This document shows positions 58,868 through 64,000 of a stretch of 64,000 nt of DNA, one piece after another. The notes under the pieces were generated by a model. It ran no database searches. It was not told the DNA's origin and saw nothing but the letters and a program-made list of their open reading frames with translations. Each line of letters begins with the position of its first letter. Position 1 is the stretch's first letter. The DNA comes from an uncultured Ignavibacteriaceae bacterium (lineage in GTDB: Bacteria > Bacteroidota > Ignavibacteria > Ignavibacteriales > Ignavibacteriaceae). Where the stretch lies: contig CAZTJF010000004.1 in assembly GCA_964613805.1 (NCBI GenBank), positions 51,070 to 115,069 of the forward strand, written 5' to 3'. The position numbers were made by a program, and so were the translations under genes.

Positions 58868-59587
58868 ATGTTTTATTTGTTCTTTTGTCTGATAGTATAT
58901 TCTTCATTATTTGCTAAACCGGATATTCCAAGGCTTAACAATTGGGCAAATGATTTTACCAGTACCTTGTCTTCACAAGAATTACAGCTTCTAAATTCCC
59001 GACTTAAAACTTTCCAGGACACTACAACCAATCAATTAGTTTCTCTAATGATTGCAACATTGGATGGATATCCGCTTGAGGATTATTCATTTGAAGTTGC
59101 GGAGACAAATAAAATCGGTACAAAAGAAAATTCAAACGGACTGTTGTTTCTGGTTGTAAAGAATGATAGAAAAATGCGGATTGAGGTTGGGTATGGATTG
59201 GAAGGGGTTCTTCCTGATGCTCTGGCAAGTTCAATTATTAGAAATGAAGTAGCACCTTACTTTAGAAAAGATGAGTACTATGCGGGCATCAACTCGGGAA
59301 TTGACGCAATCATTGCAGCAATTGGCGGAGAGTATAAAGCCGATTTCAAAGATAAATCAGAAGGAATCGGTTTTACTTTATTTGTAATACTTTTTATAAC
59401 TATTATCCTTGTTATAAGCTTTATTCCCAAATCTCGAAGTTACAGCGGCGGCTCGGGTGGATTTACTTATCGTGGTGGAAGCTGGGGAGGCGGTGGTTTT
59501 GGAGGGGGAAGCAGTGGAGGTAGTTTTGGTGGATTCAGCGGCGGTGGCGGTTCTTTCGGGGGAGGCGGTTCAAGCGGAAGCTGGTAA
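58868..59587 (+). CDS. TPM-domain (YgcG-like) protein with TM helix and Gly-rich tail
   Basis: Signal peptide, TPM-like core (VVKNDRKMRIEVGYGLEGVLPDA), a TM helix and a C-terminal GGSGGF...GGGGSSGSW tail. It forms the classic pairing with lemA. Confidence 0.8.
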   Translation: MFYLFFCLIVYSSLFAKPDIPRLNNWANDFTSTLSSQELQLLNSRLKTFQDTTTNQLVSLMIATLDGYPLEDYSFEVAETNKIGTKENSNGLLFLVVKNDRKMRIEVGYGLEGVLPDALASSIIRNEVAPYFRKDEYYAGINSGIDAIIAAIGGEYKADFKDKSEGIGFTLFVILFITIILVISFIPKSRSYSGGSGGFTYRGGSWGGGGFGGGSSGGSFGGFSGGGGSFGGGGSSGSW

Positions 59588-59701
59588 AAAAATAATTAGT
59601 TTTTCATTGAAGTTGTTTAACAGTTTTCGTAAAATTGGTAAGAAATTAAATACTTTTATTAAAATAACGTTTCTTAAACAGTTACTAAGGAGTTAATAAA
59701 A

Positions 59702-60034
59702 ATGGCGATAATGATAACTGAAGAATGCATCAATTGCGGTGCTTGCGAGCCCGAATGTCCTAATACTGCAATTTATGAAGGCGGTGCTCAATGGGAATTA
59801 ACTGGTAAAAACTATGGTGCCGATGATGCTGCTCCAAGCGGTGCAACAGGATTTTTCTCCAATGATTTCTTTTATATTGTTCCAGATAAATGTACAGAGT
59901 GTGTCGGATTTCACGATGAACCACAATGTGCGGCTGTCTGTCCTGTTGACTGCTGTGTTCCCGATCCAAAACATGTTGAGGATAAGGATACTCTGCTCAA
60001 GCGAAAAGAATATCTTGACTCGCTAGGAAGATAA
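59702..60034 (+). CDS. 2x[4Fe-4S] ferredoxin with inter-cluster insertion
   Basis: [12 protein letters not shown] and [22 protein letters not shown] motifs in 110 aa. Confidence 0.88.
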   Translation: MAIMITEECINCGACEPECPNTAIYEGGAQWELTGKNYGADDAAPSGATGFFSNDFFYIVPDKCTECVGFHDEPQCAAVCPVDCCVPDPKHVEDKDTLLKRKEYLDSLGR

Positions 60035-60060
60035 TTTCAAATTATATTAATTAACAATTA

Positions 60061-60088
60061 GGGCATCAATTTGATGCCCATTTTTTTT
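60061..60088 (+). terminator. Rho-independent terminator after ferredoxin gene
   Basis: gggcatc (60061-60067) pairs with gatgccc (60073-60079). A T8 run (60081-60088) follows. Confidence 0.8.
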
Positions 60089-60122
60089 CAAGAATTTTCT
60101 CTCAGAAATTTGGAGATAACTG

Positions 60123-60848
60123 ATGCTAATCTCAGGTGCACTTGAAAAAGCTCGGCTTTACATCGAAACTCATTCCAAAGGGAAAGAACCTGATAAAAAA
60201 GGAAAGTTCGAAAAGGGACCTTGCATTACAATATCGCGAGAAACAGGTGCGGGTGCAGATGTAATTAGTCAAAAGCTAATCGAGATTCTTCAAAAGTATA
60301 AAAAAGAACAATTACCTGACTGGATCATTTTTGAAAAAAATCTAATTGAAAAAGTCCTTGAAGATCATCACCTTCCTAAAACGTTATCAGATGTGTTTGA
60401 TGAAAAGAAATATTCGTCTATGCTTTCATTTGCAAGTGAGTTGCTTGCCGGACAACCCTCTGTTCATACTTTAGTTCATAAAACAACTCAAACTATTCTA
60501 AGCTTAGCAGAAATTGGAAACGTAGTTATTATTGGGAGGGGCGGAAATATTGTTACAGCTAATTTGCCAAATAGCTTTCATGTCAGATTGGTTGCTCCGA
60601 TTGAGAACAGAATTAAGCATGTTCAGTACGTTTATGGTTATGATTTAAAACAAGCGACTGAATTTCTAAAGAAAGACGATGAAGCGAGAAAAAACTATAT
60701 TAAAACATATTTTCACAAACAAATTGAAGATCCGTTGCTTTATCATTTAACCATAAACACCCATCGACTAGGACACGACAGTTCCGCAGAGATGATAGCA
60801 GATGCGATAATGACGAAATTCCCACAGAGTTTCAATCTATCAACTTGA
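60123..60848 (+). CDS. Cytidylate-kinase-like family protein (AAA/P-loop-like, function unknown)
   Basis: CITISRETGAGADVISQKLIEIL and VIIGRGGN motifs match the 'cytidylate kinase-like 2' family recalled from memory. Confidence 0.6.
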   Translation: MLISGALEKARLYIETHSKGKEPDKKGKFEKGPCITISRETGAGADVISQKLIEILQKYKKEQLPDWIIFEKNLIEKVLEDHHLPKTLSDVFDEKKYSSMLSFASELLAGQPSVHTLVHKTTQTILSLAEIGNVVIIGRGGNIVTANLPNSFHVRLVAPIENRIKHVQYVYGYDLKQATEFLKKDDEARKNYIKTYFHKQIEDPLLYHLTINTHRLGHDSSAEMIADAIMTKFPQSFNLST

Positions 60849-60919
60849 TTGGACATTTAGGTGACGAAAAAATTACAAGTTAATCGGCTCTCCTAAAATT
60901 ATTTAACCAACTTAACCAA

Positions 60920-61762
60920 ATGAAAATAGGGAAATATCAACTTTACATAATCGAGTCTGGATATTTTTATTTAGATGGCGGCGCAATGTTTGGGATTATC
61001 CCTAAACCACTTTGGGAAAAAAACAACCCACCGGATGAAGCGAACCGTGTTAAACTTGCGACACGAAATATTCTTTTAGTCTCTCAGTCAAGAAAGATTC
61101 TAATTGATACTGGAATGGGGAATAAATGGTCGAAGAAATCAAATGAAATTTACAGAATCGAACAAGATGAATTCTCCCTACAAAACTCACTTGTCAAATT
61201 GTCAATAAAGCCCGAAGACATTACAGATGTTCTATTAACACATCTTCATTTTGATCACACAGGAGGTTCGACAAAAAACTTAGATGGTAAACTTGAACCG
61301 GTATTTAGAAATGCTAAATATCATGTTTCAGAGAAAAATTTCAATTGGGCCATGAATCCTTCCGAAAGAGATAAAGGCAGCTACATAAAAGATAATTTCC
61401 TTCCTTTGCACGAAAACGGTGTGCTGTTTTTCACTAAAGAAAAATTTTTTGATGATGAAATTGAATTGATCGAAGTGAATGGACACACTTTCGGTATGCA
61501 GCTTATAAAAATTTCTGATTCTTCAAATACAATTTTATTTTGTGCTGATTTATTTCCATTCTCTTCTCACATTCCTTTGCCGTATGTAATGGGTTATGAC
61601 CTGCAGCCGCTTATTACGGTTGAAGAAAAGAAAGTGATTCTTTCCAAAGCAGTTGAAGAAAATTGGATTTTATGTTTTGAGCATGACCCATTTCACCCAT
61701 TTGCAACTGTAGAGAAAACTGAAATTGGTTATAGAGCGAAGGAAAAATTTGATGAGCTTTAA
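60920..61762 (+). CDS. MBL-fold metallo-hydrolase
   Basis: THLHFDHTGG motif, downstream His/Asp ligand candidates (NGHTFG, CADLF) and 280 aa length. Confidence 0.8.
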   Translation: MKIGKYQLYIIESGYFYLDGGAMFGIIPKPLWEKNNPPDEANRVKLATRNILLVSQSRKILIDTGMGNKWSKKSNEIYRIEQDEFSLQNSLVKLSIKPEDITDVLLTHLHFDHTGGSTKNLDGKLEPVFRNAKYHVSEKNFNWAMNPSERDKGSYIKDNFLPLHENGVLFFTKEKFFDDEIELIEVNGHTFGMQLIKISDSSNTILFCADLFPFSSHIPLPYVMGYDLQPLITVEEKKVILSKAVEENWILCFEHDPFHPFATVEKTEIGYRAKEKFDEL

Positions 61763-62099
61763 CAGCGTTGGTTTGGCTGGATTTCAAAGACTTTGTTCTA
61801 CAAATGATTTAGAGGAAAAGAAAGGTAAGAGATTCATAATTGACTATACCGATATAGCAGTTTTTCTCATTGAGAAAAAAGTTTATGCTGTTGGTAACAT
61901 CTGTCCTCATCAGCATACCGCATTAATTTACGATGGCTTTTTAGAAGATGGGTTTGTCGTTTGTCCTGCTCACGGTTGGAAATTTGACTTAACCACAGGA
62001 AAAACTTCTGAAGGAGGAAAAGGACTGGACGTATATGAATCTAAATTAGTCGGTGACCAAGTCTATATTAAAATTCAAGATAAGAAATCCAATTGGTAA
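61752..62099 (+). CDS. Rieske 2Fe-2S protein (NirD-like small subunit type)
   Basis: CPHQH ... CPAHGWKF motifs. I chose ATG 61752, which overlaps the upstream stop by 11 nt. Confidence 0.8.
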   Translation: MSFNSVGLAGFQRLCSTNDLEEKKGKRFIIDYTDIAVFLIEKKVYAVGNICPHQHTALIYDGFLEDGFVVCPAHGWKFDLTTGKTSEGGKGLDVYESKLVGDQVYIKIQDKKSNW

Positions 62100-62121
62100 A
62101 AATCTGAAATTGTTTTAACGA

Positions 62122-63057
62122 ATGACATTGAGTAATAACACTGTAATTGAAATTGCTAAGCTAAATGGTTTCGATTTAGTTGGGTTTTCAAGTGCGGATG
62201 AACTTGATACTGAGCTTGAAAGATTAACTGAATGGCTGAATGCGGGCTATAATGCAAGTATGGATTACATGAATCGAAATCTTGATAAGCGAAGAGATGT
62301 TAAAAAAATTTTGTCTTCTGCTAAATCTATTATCTCGCTTGGCATGAATTACTACACTTCGGAACAATATTCGAAACAATCATATAAAGGGAAGATATCG
62401 AGATATGCTTGGGGTAAAGATTATCATTTTATCATTTGGGAAAAGTTAGATAAAATTATTGGTGAGCTTAAAGATAAAGAACCATCATTCGAAGCAATAT
62501 CGTATGTTGACACGGGACCGGTTATGGACAAAGCATGGGCAGTCCGAAGCGGTTTAGGTTGGCAAGGTAAGCACACCAACGTAATAAATACAGAATATGG
62601 AAGCTGGTTCTTTATTGCAAATATTATTTGTAAGTGGGAGTTTGAGTATACAACTCCAGTTCAAGATTTTTGCGGCACATGCACAGCTTGCATTGATGCT
62701 TGTCCAACAAACGCAATTGTTGAGGAGTATGTTGTTGATTCGAATAAATGTATTTCTTATCTAACAATTGAAAATAAGAAAGATATACCCAAAGAGTTTA
62801 TTGGTAAATTTAATGACTGGCTTTTTGGCTGTGATATTTGTCAGGATGTTTGTCCATGGAATGTCAAGTTTGCATTTCCCTCGGCTCAAAGTGAATTTCT
62901 TCCCAAAGAAGGTTTTAAAGAAATGGATTTAGATGAGGTTCTGAATTTGTCAACAAAAGAATTTAAAGATCGCTTTAGTAAAAGCCCGATTAAACGAGCA
63001 AAGATATCAGGATTAAAACGAAATGCTGAATTTCTAAAGCATCAAAATAAAGATTGA
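62122..63057 (+). CDS. queG: Epoxyqueuosine reductase
   Basis: ISRYAWGKDYH, WQGKHTN, CGTCTACIDACPTNAI and CDICQDVCPWN motifs. Confidence 0.9.
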   Translation: MTLSNNTVIEIAKLNGFDLVGFSSADELDTELERLTEWLNAGYNASMDYMNRNLDKRRDVKKILSSAKSIISLGMNYYTSEQYSKQSYKGKISRYAWGKDYHFIIWEKLDKIIGELKDKEPSFEAISYVDTGPVMDKAWAVRSGLGWQGKHTNVINTEYGSWFFIANIICKWEFEYTTPVQDFCGTCTACIDACPTNAIVEEYVVDSNKCISYLTIENKKDIPKEFIGKFNDWLFGCDICQDVCPWNVKFAFPSAQSEFLPKEGFKEMDLDEVLNLSTKEFKDRFSKSPIKRAKISGLKRNAEFLKHQNKD

Positions 63058-63122
63058 AACTTTATCTTTGTGTTTGAATCTAACATAAAGAAAAAAAGCA
63101 TTTGGAATTAAATGAGGAAATA

Positions 63123-64000
63123 ATGTCTGAAATCAAAAGTCATCATAAAGTTATAATTATCGGTTCGGGTCCAGCAGGATTTACAGCCGCACTTTATACA
63201 GCAAGAGCAAATCTGAAACCAGTTATATTCGAGGGATTACAACCTGGTGGTCAATTAACTATTACAACTGAAATAGAAAACTATCCAGGTTTCGAGCATG
63301 GAATTCAGGGACCAGAACTAATGGACATAATGAGAAAGCAAGCTCATCGTTTTGGTGCAACTTCACTTTATCAGGAAGTTACAGCAGTGGATTTTTCAAA
63401 ACGACCATTTGTCATTAAATCTTATGATGAGATATTTACTGCTGATGCTGTTATCATTTCAACAGGGGCTTCTGCAAGACTTTTAGGTTTAGAGAGTGAA
63501 AAGAAATTTATGGGATATGGCGTATCAGCTTGTGCAACATGTGACGGATTTTTCTTTCGCAACCAAAAAATATTGGTTGTCGGTGGCGGCGATACAGCAA
63601 TGGAAGAGGCAAATTATCTTACTAAGTTTGCTTCCGAAGTTACAGTTATTCACAGAAGAGAGGAATTCCGTGCATCTAAAATAATGCTGGACAGGGCTAA
63701 AGGTAATCCTAAAATAAAATTTCTAATGAATAAAGTTGTGAAAGAAGTTATTGGTAAGGAAGAGGAAGGGAAAAAAACTATGACAGGTGTTTTGCTCGAG
63801 GATACAAAAAATCACAGCAAACAAATTTTTGAAGCACAAGGATTATTTATCGCGATTGGTCATAAACCAAATACAGATTTATTTAAAGGTGCATTAGAGA
63901 TGGATGAAACAGGTTATTTAATCACAAAACCTGGTTCAACTCATACAAATATTGAGGGAGTGTTTGCAGCTGGGGATGTTGCTGATCACAAGTATAGACA
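63123..64000 (+). CDS. trxB: Thioredoxin-disulfide reductase, 3' end outside window
   Basis: Hand translation from ATG 63123 gives [31 protein letters not shown] ... with the redox-active CATCDG, the second dinucleotide fold [12 protein letters not shown] and GVFAAGDV. The frame stays open to the window end, which is why it is absent from the ORF track. Confidence 0.9.
   Translation, partial: MSEIKSHHKVIIIGSGPAGFTAALYTARANLKPVIFEGLQPGGQLTITTEIENYPGFEHGIQGPELMDIMRKQAHRFGATSLYQEVTAVDFSKRPFVIKSYDEIFTADAVIISTGASARLLGLESEKKFMGYGVSACATCDGFFFRNQKILVVGGGDTAMEEANYLTKFASEVTVIHRREEFRASKIMLDRAKGNPKIKFLMNKVVKEVIGKEEEGKKTMTGVLLEDTKNHSKQIFEAQGLFIAIGHKPNTDLFKGALEMDETGYLITKPGSTHTNIEGVFAAGDVADHKYR

Noticed and set aside
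59440-59585. GGN-rich quasi-repetitive DNA that at first looked like a tandem repeat or VNTR
   Set aside because: It is in frame with the TPM-domain protein and encodes its Gly/Ser/Phe-rich tail, a known feature of YgcG-like proteins. There is no spacer/repeat periodicity suggestive of CRISPR.

Overview
AT-rich, gene-dense chromosomal segment with about 55 protein-coding genes. I found no rRNA or tRNA genes, no CRISPR array, and no transposase or integrase. Gene content suggests an Ignavibacteria-like member of the FCB group (inference): three large secreted proteins end in T9SS sorting domains with the YQNYPNPFNP motif, lpxC and fabZ are fused, and there is a uppS-bamA-skp-skp-lpxD-lpxC/fabZ-lpxA envelope cluster.

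Layout:
(1) 1-10.9 kb: two divergent paralogous [FeFe]-hydrogenase modules (HydB1-HydA1 and HydC-HydB2-HydA2). They flank a regulatory block made of a sensory-hydrogenase/histidine-kinase fusion, two stand-alone receivers and a REC-PAS-kinase hybrid.
(2) 11-23 kb: T9SS cargo genes surround a tightly coupled operon encoding a polytopic histidine kinase, a periplasmic multiheme cytochrome c and a Cyc2-like monoheme cytochrome/beta-barrel fusion. This is a candidate outer-membrane electron conduit.
(3) 23-35 kb: DUF1232 protein, multi-PAS hybrid kinase, GTP-PEPCK, orphan mlaE, ilvE preceded by a terminator-containing small RNA or leader, alkaline phosphatase, and lexA with a palindromic operator followed by two small unknown genes (WYL-like and nuclease-fold-like).
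(4) 35-64 kb: mostly housekeeping genes (LPS/OMP biogenesis, panB, secA, P-II, mtgA, rlmN, acyl-CoA dehydrogenase, LemA/TPM, ferredoxin, queG, trxB). Also here is an unusual YidD-like lipoprotein operon with two paralogous TPR/membrane proteins.

The most interesting candidates are the H2-sensing phosphorelay with no output domain, the kinase-multiheme-Cyc2-like operon, and the lexA-linked WYL-like/nuclease-like pair. All family assignments come from motif reading by eye. No database search was run.
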